64,000 bases of DNA from Antedon mediterranea (taxonomy: Eukaryota > Animalia > Echinodermata): NCBI RefSeq assembly GCF_964355755.1, contig NC_092673.1, forward strand, positions 11,070,948 to 11,134,947, given 5' to 3'. How positions within the stretch are numbered: position 1 is the stretch's first letter; the number at the start of each line of letters is the position of its first letter. A program made the translations under genes and the position numbers. The notes below the pieces were generated by a model. The model saw only the letters and a list, made by a program, of their open reading frames with translations, was not told the DNA's origin and did not search any database. This document shows positions 12,800-26,541 of this stretch, one piece after another.

Positions 12800-14390
12800 C
12801 TAGACATGAAACTCGTCACATTGACGAGTTAGTTATCCGCACCACGACAAACGCCACGTGCACGTCATAAGTTGGAATATTGCACACAGATAAAGATTAT
12901 GGAATTATGACAAGAACTGAAGAATATGATATGCTGTTAGTGCTGAATTCTGTCAGTTTGTGTCATATAGTATATACGGTACATGCAAACAGTATAATCT
13001 GTATACATATTACATACAGTGTAGAATAGGTGAAATTACGGGACCCGCCATTTATTCCAATTTTTAACATGGCGACGGTATCAAAATGAAACACTTAGAT
13101 AACTATTTCAGAAGGAAATAATCTCAGGAACAACATATTAACGTGTAGAAGAAATTTGAATACGTAAAATATAGATGCGCACCCTTTTAAATGTGATGAA
13201 CTATTACGCAAAATATGAAAATACGTCTTTTTTTATTCAACTGGCCATATGATGACGTCACAACATCCGATTGGCAAAATGTTTACATGAATTCGTATCT
13301 ACAATCCAATAGCTTCCAGAAAACGTTTTAATCGTGATTATCACATGTTATTCTGATGAGCTATAACAGATTAAAATTTACTGTAAAGATAAATATAAGT
13401 GACCCACGTTATTTACAATTTTAGACATGATGACGTCATAAAAATTAAAAAAATTTTTACTCTTGCGTAAGGTAGTTGATTGACCTAGAAAATTTCAAAA
13501 TCTGGGTTAAAATGGAATACGGATAAGTGGAGAGGCGCTCTATTAAATGAGATGCGCTATGACGAAAGATACAAAAATCCTATATTTTATATTCGCGTGG
13601 CCACACGATGACGTCACAATGTCCGGTTTGCCATATTAATGCATGATTCCTTATCTACAACTTATCATCTTCCTGGATATGTAATTTAAACAAAGTTCAC
13701 CTCGTAGTTTAGAATCTATGATTGTTTAAAAAAGGTATAATTTTGACAAATTTTTGAACTTTTTCCTCAAAAACGCACATAAATTATCCAATTCGACGTG
13801 CCCGTATGACGTAATTTGAAGTCGAAATAGTTTCAAAGTTGGTAAAATTACTATAAAAGGCTTGAAAACATAAATCACGAGAGAAAAATTGTTTTCAACG
13901 CTACGTTCGCACCGCGCGCGTAAAAAAAAGCGCGCGCGTGGGAATTTTTTACATGCATAAAATGACATGAAACGCGTAGAAAGTTGATTAGAAATTGATT
14001 TTTCGCAATTTGAAATTTTAAACGCGCGTGCGCGCGTAACTTCGTGTGAAACATGCCATTTTTTCCCCATAGTCAGTTAACGCAAGATATAACTTTTTTT
14101 CAGTTTCAATTTAAATAGTTATATTGTTTTCGATCTATGTTAAATACTCGAAATTCGGAAAAACGCGCGTAAGTCATGTTGCGCAACTCTGACGTCATTC
14201 AAAAATAGGAGGTGCACAATTTCACGTAAATGCCCACATGTTGACAAAGTTATGAAATGTTATGTTTACACGTTTTTGAGTTACGCGAGACACAAAAATG
14301 ACAGAAAGAAAGAAGAATACAGAAAAAAAAAAAAAAAGATGATGAAACAGGACAGTTACAAGGAGTTATCCGCTCAATGCGGATAACTAA
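12800..14390 (-). mobile_element. HINE beta, full length (~1.59 kb)
   Basis: Both termini intact; inserted in a T-tract near the right end of element 10082-14424. Confidence 0.83.
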
Positions 14391-14793
14391 AAAATTAATC
14401 TGAATTTTTTCATTGGGATACCTACTGTTAGTGCTGAATTCTGTCAATTTTGTGTCATATAGTATATACAGTATAAACAGTATAATCTGTATACATATTA
14501 CATACAGTGTAGAATAGATGAAATTACGGGACCCCCCGTTTATTCCTATTTTTAACATGGCGACGGTATCAAAATGAAACACTAAGATAGCATTTTCGGA
14601 AGGATATTATCTCAGCAACAACATATTTACGTGTAGACGAAATTTGAATACGTAAAATATAGATGCGCGCTCTTATAAATGTGATGAACTATGACGCAAA
14701 AGATGAAAATTCGATTTTTTTTATTCAACTGGCCATATGATGACGTCACAACGTCGGATTGGAAAAGTGTTCACATGAATTCGTATCTACAAT

Positions 14794-17093
14794 CATGGAG
14801 TAAAGAATAAGAGGAGGCACAACTCGGCCTAGCTATCCAGTTAATCCAATTAGTATCACGCTGTGCGGTAGTGCTTAAGCATAGGGTAATAAACTTCCCA
14901 TAACGATCCTTTGAAGAACATCCTGTTTACCCGTGCAGCTCGCTGCAGAGTCGGCTCTGATTACGTAACACCCTAATTAAGGAAGAAGCCAGGCATGACA
15001 TCGGTGACAAAAAAAGTAAACAGAGGCTGCGCAGTAGTTTCTAATACATCATAGTGAAGCATGACCTTTGTGCAGTTGTTCATTGTTCTTTGAGCTTTTT
15101 TCTCGAAAAAACCGTTTAAAAATCGAGTAAATTTTCACGGAGATATCGCAGTTTTTATACCAGCTAACAAATTAATCATATTTTTTATCAAGCCATAGAC
15201 GTATCATTTGGTAAATCGAAATTTTACCGTTTAAGCAACTTTTTAATTTACGAACCCTAGTGCATTTTGTAGCATATTAAAGACTCCAACTTATTTTAAA
15301 ATCACATTTTAGTGCGCGCAAATGCGCGCATGAAAAAAATTATATAATTTGTTCTCATGAATATTCAAAAATATACGTATAGTAGAATTCCAACGACACA
15401 ATTTCTTATTTTTATTACTGTATATGACATTTAATTTATGTTTCAGTCTATATTATGACTGTTTAGCAAAACTAACATTCTTCTATTTTAGTCTGATATT
15501 GTATAATTAAATTATTTATGATATTAATATCATAAAATATATGATTTTTACGATCACATACTTAGAGTTCAGTGAACTTGTAGGACTTAAATTATATATC
15601 GTTTAACGATTTGTGGCTACACATAGGCCTAGTAGTTCGTAATATATTATTATTTAATAAATAGCCTAAATAAGCATAATATTTAATCCCATAATGATGG
15701 ACATATTTAGTGCATACCGTAACCGGTAGGCCTAATAGGTTCAGGCATAGGCGCGCCTATAGTAACAATAAACAATATCAATAATAATAATAGGTTTTTT
15801 TTATGTAGGTCTATATTAATATATTAATAATTGTAATAACGTTAGAAAACAAATAGTAGTAATATTTTATTAAAGAAGAAATTAATCAATTAGTTTTAGT
15901 TTTCGGTTGGTCGTTATTATAATATTATATAATATGGTATAAAATGGTACGGTACTACGAGAATATTTGTTTAGTATCAACCCGTAACAACAACTACAAA
16001 TGATATGTGTTGGTTAAAAATTCAATTACAAATATAGTCTATGCTCTTTTGTAATTATAAGCCATTGTATAAAAGGATTATGTACAGTTCGGTACATAGC
16101 GGTTAATCGTAAAATTAAAAAATCGGACATACGAACAATAGATCGCCAACATTATTCGTACCCTTTTGCTGTATTGCGTACGTCGATCACGACTGATGCG
16201 GCTGTAAACTTCGCCTGGAAAGTAACTAGTACAGTACACATTCTGGTCCCTGGATGGAACATGATATCACACGTAAACCGCAATGGAGCAGGTCCAATGT
16301 TAAACAATTCGTACAAAGGGGAACCGCCAGACAAGTGCGTACCTAATCATTGTTTATTAGATCGCTGGCAATAATGCATGCAAAGTGCAATTGCTCTCCG
16401 CTCCACCAAGCAACGTACAGTACTAAAAAAAATGGAACGTCGCGGTTTTTCTAGGCGCTGAAGTTATACGAAGTGAACGCGAATGATTTTTACTGTATAT
16501 TATATTCCCCGACGAAAAGTACTCGCGTTTCCCAGACGGGGAAGAGGGGAGGAGGGGGGAGACGACGAGGGGATACAGCCCCCGTAACCCCCCGCTGGCA
16601 CCACCACTGGTCCTTATTAAACCCATTTATTCATCATGATTCATGATAAGTTGTCTGGAGAAATTACCAACATTTAGTACACAGTAAACCATATAAATAT
16701 AATTCCTTTATTGGTGCCGTATAAAACTCGTATTATTAATTTATTAATAAAAGATATCCAGTAGAATATATATATAGCGCTGCTTTTTAATAAAAATTAA
16801 TAAACAAGGTCGGAATACAAGTTCAGTAGGTCTACAAACAGTATATAGTACACCTTTCACGCTTGAACGCACATCGCCTAGCAAGAGTATTGTGACGTCC
16901 TAATACGCATGTGTACTAACACCAAAATTGACCGCGGGCAGTAAACATTGTACTCTTTGCTAATTGGGTTACGTAACGGCAGTGTTTAGCACCTCCTTAA
17001 ATACTCATTACAAGCATAGCCTTAAGCAAGCGGTAAACACGATGAACTGACTGAACTATTCAAGTTGTGTCTCCTCTTATTCTTTACTCCATG
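14794..17093. mobile_element. P-element-like non-autonomous transposon (2300 bp)
   Basis: 31-bp TIR CATGGAGTAAAGAATAAGAGGAG(G/A)CACAACT (30/31 match); 7-bp TSD CTACAAT (14787-14793, 17094-17100). Confidence 0.8.
16100..16609 (+). mobile_element. Right-hand part of the hAT-like element seen at 48722-50319, carried inside the P-like element
   Basis: Shares GTAAACTTCGCCTGGAAA...GGTCCCTGGATGGAACATGATATCAC and ends CCCGCTGGCACCACCACTG. Confidence 0.7.
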
Positions 17094-17464
17094 CTACAAT
17101 ACAATAGCTTCCAGAAAACGTTTTAATCATGATTATCGCTTTTTATTCTGACGAGCTATAACAGATTGAAAGTTACTGTAAAGATGAAAATAAGTGACCC
17201 ACATTATTTACATTTTTAGACATGATGACGTTATGAAAATTAAAATATTTTTTACTCATGCGGAAGATAATTGATTGACCTAGACAATATCAAAATCGGG
17301 GTGAAAATGGAAAACGGATAAGTGGAGATGCGCTCTATTAAATGTGATGCGCTATGATAAAAGATACAAAAATCCTAAATTTTATATTCGGGTGGTCATA
17401 CGATGACCGGTTAGCCATATTAATGTATGATCCGATATCTACAACTCATCAACTTCCAGAATAT

Positions 17465-20249
17465 CCCTTTGCAAAAAAGCCGTATACGATCCGTATACGC
17501 TGAAAACGTATACGACGTATACGGATCGTATACGATTTCACTGTTTACATTATTTCCACTCTGTTGCTCCACAAAGAGTTGGCGTCGTATACGTTTAGCA
17601 TACGTAACGTATACGTTGTTTATTCCTGATAAGAATATCGTATACGGGACGTATACGAATCATATACGAACAAACTAGGCCATTTTATAAATTATAATAG
17701 TAATGAGTAGAATAGAGCTAAATAAAACATTTAAATTGTCATTACAACAAATACGTACGTAGGCTCTGGCCTAGTAGGGCTAGGCCTCTAGCTAGCACCA
17801 GCCATTAGATAGGCCTAGTCTACTAGTATTAATTATTAATAAGTAGTAGGACTAGGAGCTAGAACATAAGATCATATTTATTTCTATATTTATTAGATAG
17901 CCTAGGCTACCGATAAAATTCAAACAACGTTTTTCGCAAGTAAATAAAGTACGCTAAACAGGTATACTACTAGGTAGGCCTAGAAAAAACAAGGGGCCAT
18001 TTTCACAAATCGACGATGTTGTTTGCAGTTTTCCTTTATAAAAATATGACAGAGGTCAGTAAGTGCAGCCGCCGACGACGACCGAGCGTCGCTCGGTTGC
18101 CTACAGTTCCAACTCGTGGTCGACTCGGCTCCCTGGTGGCCAATCATGCATATCATCGGGTGAATCATCGGGTTCGTCGTTCTCAATTCGTCACGCCACG
18201 TGCGAGCTTTGGGTGGTCAAATTACATGTTATGTTAAGCGATATTATTCCGCGACGTGTGTTGTAGCAATGGAGATGGAGTAACAATAATTCGGCAATGC
18301 CGAAGAGGAAAACCATGACCCAAAACAGAAGTAAGGTCATTATAATAATTATTATTTAACGATGAATACATTCGAATTTTGAATATATATAAATTGTATG
18401 AATTATGAATTATATATGAATTAAAAAAAACACAATTAGTGGTGATAGTAAATACAATTATATCGAATCTCAATTTATTCCCGGTAGCGAACAGATTGAA
18501 TTGCTTTCATTATTTCTGCTTGGAGATTAAGAAATCATAAAACATATCTTTCTTTATTTTCATGGTATTCCAATAATTGTTTAAAAAATAACTACCCTCA
18601 ACTTTAAATAACAAATTAAATAAGTCTACTAAACATTGTTGATTTCCCATGGACCCAACAATACCCCAACTATTTCATTAATAATTGTTTATTTGTAACA
18701 GTTTATTTGAAATCCTTGTCCTTTGTTAATTCAATTGTGTGACAATTAAATTAGATTGTACATGCTTATGCTGTATATCATGTAAAAAGATGATTCATGG
18801 TATATATCAGATTCTTAAAAAAGATCAACACTTTGAATTCTTAAAATGTGTTCTATATCTTTATTTGGAGTTAGACTCGTACTACATTCATTAAAATGAT
18901 AAACAAATAGCCGGCAGACGTGTGTACAGAGGGGGATTATCAATGATGGAGGCATAAAAATAGGGTACCATTTTACCAGGGAGATGTAAAATAATTATTT
19001 AACAAACATTTAACTGGTTGGTTTTACTGCGTTCGCGTACAATTTATCATTTGGATTGTTAAAGTTATATGTAGGTTTAATGTTAAATTGTATTTATCAG
19101 TGACAACTCTAGGAAATTTACAGCAATTAGTTCTGTATGCCTAAAATAGTAAAATGCTCTAAATAAAAACGTCGGAGCTTCTTTTTTGTATTTCTGGCTG
19201 TTGAATGTTTTGTTATCACCCCCTAACTCTGCAACGATGATATCCATAATGCATCGTATTTCCATTTCACCGTTGTTGATATACTTCTACTAGCTAGAGT
19301 AGGTTATTAAGATAATACAATATAACCAAATCTAATATATGGTGGAAAGCTAGCTAGCTTATTTTCACCTATAGCCTAGCTAGCTAGAAGTCATCGAATT
19401 TACTATCTACCTGGGCCTACTGTAACTAGGCCTACATCCCATTTTTTATTTATTTTATGGTGAGTCAAAACCCGTAGCCAAAAAATCAACAATGATGATT
19501 GAAAATGAATGAAATCTGATCCATCCATGTGATGCATGCATGCAGCGCACATAACACAGGCACGTTTTGGGCGAATTTATTTGGATCATTCCATATATAT
19601 AATAGGGAGCCACAGTATTCTACATTTTTATTAAATCGTAATTTATGGATTTTACTTACTCGTTTTAAATTTAATATACTGCGGGCCCAATTTAATATTT
19701 ACTTATTTATTTCCAAGTACATTAATATTATTTAAAGCACTTTCAAATTAATAACAGCACATTTTGTGTGATTCACTTATTAATGGAACATACAAAAGGT
19801 AAAGAAATAGCAGAGGGGATAAACAAGGCAGAACAGCCTGGGTGGGTTTTTATGCTTGCTAGAAAAACAACGTCTAGTAAAATACAGCACCAAATTTTCA
19901 TGAAAAAAAACCAAATTGTACACTAATTATCGAAGTCAAGATGCTCCTGCGATCGTAAACGTATGCTATCGTCGTCTTGTAAAAAGAGGGACAGTCCCTT
20001 TTCGCTTGGTAATACGATGCAGTTTGTATACACGCGTCGTCGTATACGGATCATATACGGATCGTATACGGAGCATATAATTAGGAAATTGTTTATAAAT
20101 GATCGTATACGGTTCGTATATGTTTATTATGCGGGCAGGAACTTCCGAATTGACGTATACGTTTCGTATACGAAGTGGACTTCCTATACGAAACATATAC
20201 GAAACGTATGTAAATCGTATACGTTCGTATACGGTTTTTTTGCAAAGGG
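17465..20249 (+). mobile_element. CACTA/EnSpm (CMC)-like non-autonomous element, copy 1 (2785 bp)
   Basis: TIR CCCTTTGCAAAAAA; dense CGTATACG subterminal repeats; 2-bp TSD AT. Confidence 0.8.
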
Positions 20250-21254
20250 ATGTAATAAAAACAACTTTCACCGTTTAGTTTAGAAACTACGACTGTTTAA
20301 AAAAGGCAAAATGTTGACAAATTTTTTAAATTTTTCATAAAAAACGCATTATCCAATTCGACGTGCCCGTATGACTTTAATTTTAAGTCGAAATTGCTTA
20401 AAAGTTGGTAAAATTACTAGAAAAGGCTGGAAAAACATAACTCACGCGAAAAAAATTGTTTTCAACGCCACGTGCGCACCGCGCGCGTAAAAATATACGC
20501 GCACGTGGCAGTTTTTAACATGCTCAAAACGACATGAAATGCGTAGAAAGTTGATTAGAAATAAATTTTTCGCATTTTGAAATTTTAAATGTGCGTGCGC
20601 GCATAATTTCGTGTGAAACACGCCATTTTTTTATATTTGGGTGGCCATACGATGACGTCACAATGTCCGGTTAGCCATATTAATGCATGATCCGATATCT
20701 ACTCATCAACTTCCAGAATATGTAATAAAAATAACTTTCACCGTTTAGTTTAGAAACTACGACTGTTTAAAAAAAGGTATAATTTTGACAAATTTTTGAA
20801 CTTTTTCATCAAAAACGCACGTAAATTATCCAATTCAACGTGCCCGTATGACGTTAATTTTAAGTCGGAATTGCTTAAAAGTTGGTAAAATTACTAGAAA
20901 TGGCTGGAAATACATAAATCATGCGAAAAAATTTGTTTTCAACGCCACGTGCGCACCTCGCGCGTAAAAATATGCGCGCACGTGGGAATTTTTAACATGC
21001 TTAAAATGACATGAAACGCGTAGAAAGTTGATTAGAAATTAATTTTTCGCATTTTGAAATTTTAAATGTGCATGCGCGCGTAATTTCGTGTGAAACACGC
21101 CATTTTTTTCCGCAGTCAGTTAGCGCAAGATATAAATTAAACTTTTCACAATTTCACGTGAATGCCAACATGTTGACAAAGTTATAAAATGTTTACACGT
21201 TTTTGAGTTACGCGAGACACAAAATTTACAGAAAGAAAGAATAATACAGAAAAA

Positions 21255-22875
21255 CTAGATTTGAACTCGTCACTTTGACGAGTTCGCAAAGTGACGAGTT
21301 CGGGTTATCCGCGCAAATGCAACATGCACACACTTAACCATATGAACCTCGACAATTATTATGCCATCCTATGATGGCATAATAATTGTGCTGAATTGTA
21401 CTTATTATGTAGCATACATCATATTACAGTATTTTACAGAATAAACTGTATATGTTATATACAGTGTAGCATAGACAAAATTACGAGACCCATCTTTTAA
21501 ATCCAATTATTAACACAATGACGTCATCAAATTGACATATAAAGATAACAATTTTAGAAGATAATTATCTAAATAATTACATTAAAACAAATTTGAAGAA
21601 TTTTGGGCACGTAAAAGTGAGATGCGCTCTATTTAATGTGATGAGCAATAACGAAAGAGTAAAAAATCCGATATTTTACATTCGTGTGGCCATACGATGA
21701 CGTCATAACATCCGAGTGGTAAAGATTCTGCATGAATTCATATCTACAACATATCTGCTTACATATTAAATTTAAAAAATTGGGGGTCATGGATGATCCT
21801 GAGGAGCTATAATAGAATAATAGGCATAATTTTGACAATATTTTGTAACTTTCGCATCTAAAACGCACGCAGATGGTCTAAATCAACGTGTTCGTATGAC
21901 GTCATTTTAATTTGAAATGATTTCAATCTTTTTAAAAATGTAGCATAGACAAAATTACGAGACCCATCTTTTAAATCCAATTATTAACACAATGACATCA
22001 TCAAATTGACATATAAAGATAAAAATTTTAGAAGATAATTATCTAAATAATTACATTATTTCAAATTTGAAGAATTTTGGGCGCGTAAAAGTGAGATGCG
22101 CTCTCGTTTAAACGCAATGAACTTTTACGCAAGAGATGAAAATATGACTTTTTGAACTCAACTAGCCATATGATGACGTCACAACATCTGATTTGCAAAA
22201 TATTCACATGAATTCGTATCTACAATCCGATAGCTTCCAGAAAACGTTTTAATCATGATCATCACTTTTTATTCTGACGAGCTATAACAGATTTAAATTT
22301 ACTGTAATGATGAAAATAAGTGACCCACGTTATTCACGCTTTTAATCATGATGACGTCATCACAATTTTAAAAATGTTAAATCATGCGAAAGATTATTGA
22401 TTGACCAAGACAATATAAAAAACGGAGGGAAATGGAATAACAATCACAAGAAGTTACGCGCGCACGCGCATTTAAAATTTCAAATTGCGCTAAATTAATT
22501 TCTAATCAACTTTCTACGCTGATCATGACATTTTGAGCATGTCAAAAATTCCCACGCACGCGAAAAAATTTACGCGTAAGCATGAAAATCATGTGTTTTT
22601 TTCTTGAATTATGATTTTACAGCCTTTCTTAGTCATTTTAAAAAAGATTTACATCATTTCAAAATAAAATGACGTCATACGAACACGTTGATTTACACCA
22701 TTTGCGCGCGTTTTAGTGATGATATACTGTAGGTACAATTCAGCACTGTTAAACATATTTAATTCATGTCATAGGATGGCATAATAATTTTCGAAGTTCA
22801 TAATAGTTTAAGGTATGTGCATGTTGCATTTCCACGGATAACCCAAACTCGTCAAAGTGACGAGTTCAAATCTAG
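21255..22875. mobile_element. Rearranged HINE gamma with two 3' termini
   Basis: CTAG + stem-loop facing outward at both 21255 and 22875; orientation switches near 22440. Confidence 0.75.
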
Positions 22876-23486
22876 TTGGTTATCCGCAACTTGTGATTGT
22901 AAATATCTTTTTTTTTGGTTATCCGCAACTTAGTTGCAGGATAACCCTTGTGATTGTAAATATCTTTTTTTTCATTAGTTATCCGCAATGAGCGGATAAC
23001 TCCTTGTAACTGTCCTGTTTCATCATCTTTTTAGTATCCGCTTAGTAGCGGATAACTCCTTGTGATTGTAGTGGATCAATATTTTTTTTTTTTTTCTGTA
23101 TTATTCTTATTTCTTTCCCGTTTTTTTGTGAGTCACGTTTCTCTAAAATAATATTTCATAACTTTGACAACATGTGGGCATTTACGTGAAGTTGTGCACC
23201 TCCTATTTTGAATGACGTCTGAGTTGCGCAACGTGACTTACGCGCGATTTTATGATTTTTAATGATTGATCATAGCTTAAAAACCAAGCGTAATTTTTTT
23301 TTTACCCTTTATGAAAATTTAAGTCATATCAAGTGCAAACTTTTAGTGCACTAAAAATGGCCTGTTTTACAAAAAGTTACGCGCGTTTAAAATTTAAAAT
23401 TGCGAAAAAACAATTTCTAATCAACTTTCTACGCGTTTCATGTCATTTTAAGCATGTCAAAAATTCCCACGCGCATGCAAATTATT

Positions 23487-24961
23487 GAGAACTACTAAAA
23501 TACGGTTCCACTGTTCTAGCTCCAATGATTTCAGACATTTTAAATCAAATATTTACAAAACATGAATTCGTGGATATTAATAAAGGAACACTCTTAGCAC
23601 TACCAAAACCGGGTAAGGAAAAGGGTCCAACAAAGAATTTACGACCTGTTATTCTACTTAACACCATTCGCAAGTGCCTATCGCTTATAACACTGGATAG
23701 AATTACATCGAAAGTAGACGCATTCTTACCACAAAGCCAAAGTGGGTTTCGCAAAGGCAGAAGCACAAGTGATATTGTTTTTACACATCGATGGCTTATA
23801 GCTAAAGCACAAAAAGAAAAAATAAATATTTACATAACCGGTATAGATATGTCAAGCGCGTTTGACACCGTGGATAGAAACAAACTCCTCGACATACTCA
23901 AACATATTATAGACGAAGATGAACTTAGGATCGTTAGATTTCTGCTGAGTGAAACCGGAATAAATCTAAAAATAAAAGGTGCAAAAGAACAGCCAATATT
24001 CCAAACCAACATCGGCACCCCTCAAGGAGATAGCTTAAGCCCGGTCTTATTCACTGTTTACCTTGAGTCTGCGCTACGAGGAATCAGAACAATTATCCAA
24101 ACAGAAATACCTCAAGAGATATCATATGCTGATGATGTAGATTTTTTTAGTCTAAACAGCAAGCATAATGTAAACGAATTAGAACGCCATTTATCAACTT
24201 TCAACTTAAATGTAAATAAAGAAAAAACAGAACACACTATTGTAAGACGAGAAAAAGAGGACATACAAGAACAATGGAGAAACACGAAAAAAGTAGGATC
24301 GCTCCTTGGGGACAGACAAGACATAATTAGAAGAAAACAACTAGCTGTAGCAATGACCAAACTAAACTCGATGTGGCTTCGAAAAGATAAAATCAAATTA
24401 AAAATACATATCAAGCTGTACAACTCACTAGTTAAAAGTATATTACTCTACAACTCTGAAACATGGGGACTCACAAAAGAAGAAGCACATAAACTCAACA
24501 CATTTCACAGACAGCAACTTCGCAAAATCATAGGTATCAGGTTCCCAGACAGGATATCGAACATAAATTTATACAGAAGGACAGGAACAAAACCGATTTC
24601 ATTAGAAATAGTCGACGCAAGATGGAGACTATTGGGTCACATACTTAGACAAGATCATGTACACCAGCCAACACAGTAATAAGCTATTATTTCAGCAACA
24701 CTACCAATAAAAAATTTCGAGGAAGACCGAGAACCACCCTACCAGTAACTCTCAGCAACGACCTACTCACCCTTTATAAGCATAATACAGACATTAAGTA
24801 TCCCGGACAATTGAAAACCAAGAAAGACTTGAAACAACTTAAAGAACTAGCCAATGAAAGATCAGACTGGAAGAAACTAGTAAAAGAGATTTACGGAGCA
24901 GCCCAAGCGGAAATGTCGGCAGACTTTTCAGCGGAAAGGCAGTAATAATATAAATAAATAA
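23487..24961 (+). mobile_element. 5'-truncated RTE-clade LINE (RT ORF 23525-24679, frameshifted C-terminus)
   Basis: RT motifs QSGFRKGRST, GIDMSSAFD, PQGDSLSP, YADD; RWRLLGHILR then RGRPRTT in a shifted frame; (TAAA)n tail; 12-bp TSD ATGCAAATTATT (23475-23486, 26545-26556). Confidence 0.9.
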
Positions 24962-26541
24962 CTAGAATTTAATTCGTCACTTTGACGAATTATAGGTGAT
25001 CATTTTTATCATTTTATTGACATTAACATTTTTTAAACATGCACGTACGTTAACATGCGATCGTAAAAAACTGATGTACGCCATCCTATGACATGATGCA
25101 TATACAATTATAGTGCTGATTTGTACCTATTATGTGTCATATACAATATGTACAGTATATACTGTATATCTATATACAGTGTAGCATAGGTAAAATTACG
25201 GGACCCACATCATGTTCCATTTTTTTGGTATGATGGAATTATCAAAATAAACTCGAAGATGACAATTTCGAAAGATAATTAATTGAGCAAATAAATATAA
25301 GGATTGGAAGAGAATTTGACACGTAGAAGCGCAATGCGCGCTCTTTGAAATTTGTATAACTTCGACTAAAGAAATTTAAAAACAACGTTTTAACTTCAAC
25401 TAGCCATATGATAATATCACAACATCCAATAGGCTTAATTTTTATATGAATTCATATCTACATTTCATCAGCTTTCATAATAAATTATAATCATCATGGT
25501 CACATTCAATTCGGAAGAGCTGTAAGATATTCAAATGTATGGTGTAGGTGAAATTACACGACCTACGTTATTCAAGTTTTTACGCGTGATGACGTCATCA
25601 AAATGAAAATGTTGACAACTCATGAGAAAGATAATTAAATGAGCAATCATATACAAAAAATTTAGCGAAAATCGGGCACAAAATAACCGAGATGCGCTCA
25701 GTTGAATGTGATAATCCATGACAAAAGAGAAAAAAACCTAATTTTTAAATTCGAGTGGCCATTTGGTGACCTCGCAACATTTTGTACGTCAAATGTGTAC
25801 ATGAATTTATATCTAGAACTCAGTGGCTTCCAGAATAATTAAAAAAAATTGGGGGTGATCGTGCATTCTGAAGAATGATTTTCATTTTAAAAATGCCTTA
25901 TTTTCCATCACTTTCAGCACTGTTATGCAGTTAATGTGCGCATTTTGTCATTTTTAACTTGCTCGTATAGCGTTATTTTAAGTCGGAACGAATTCGGTGA
26001 ATGTACTAAGGATGGTGAGTAGAATGCGATTTCTACAAAAAATTCGTATTTTTACGCTTTTTAAGAATCGCGCGCTCAAAAACGCATTTTTGCGCAGTAA
26101 TTTTTTGAAACACGCAAATGGCCTAATTCATGCTCTAAATTGATTAAAACTTAATTTTGAGCTTTTTAAATTTTGAACGCGCGATTTTAGGCGCATGAAC
26201 CTACGTGCGCATGCGTTTTTACTTGCTAAATATTTTTATCTTTGACCTGAAGTTTACGTGTAATAAATTTCATTAATATGTGATAATGAATTATGGAGAT
26301 ATGATTGATAATGTGATTTCACAAAATGGCGTATAAATGACATCACGGATGAGTGATCACGCTGAAAAGCTTATTAGGACTATTGTTAAAGTATTTGAAA
26401 GACATTGTGAAATTTTGGTAATAATTGACATTAAACTTTTTTAGATATTTGTTACACAAAATAGTGCCCAGAAACAATAATAACAATAAAGATTTGATAC
26501 AATAACCATAAGTGATCATTTTATTCTAAATGATCACCTAA
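24962..26541 (-). mobile_element. HINE alpha, full length (1580 bp), inserted in the LINE tail
   Basis: Both alpha termini present; lies between the LINE tail and its right TSD. Confidence 0.83.

Larger units (their letters stand above)
10082..14424. mobile_element. Non-autonomous TIR transposon, superfamily uncertain
   Basis: TIR TAGGTATCCCAATGAAA / TTTCATTGGGATACCTA; duplication CTGTTAG (10075-10081, 14425-14431) restores the host sequence. Confidence 0.8.
9945..21254 (-). mobile_element. HINE beta copy interrupted by three DNA-transposon insertions; 5' end missing
   Basis: CTAG + stem-loop at 9945; body is collinear with other copies after removing 10082-14424, 14794-17093 and 17465-20249. 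Confidence 0.8.

Noticed and set aside
17427-20283. Short ORFs repeated identically at 52099-54962, suggesting conserved small genes
   Set aside because: The identity is simply due to the duplicated CACTA-like element; the ORFs overlap on both strands, run through CGTATACG repeats and show no recognisable domain
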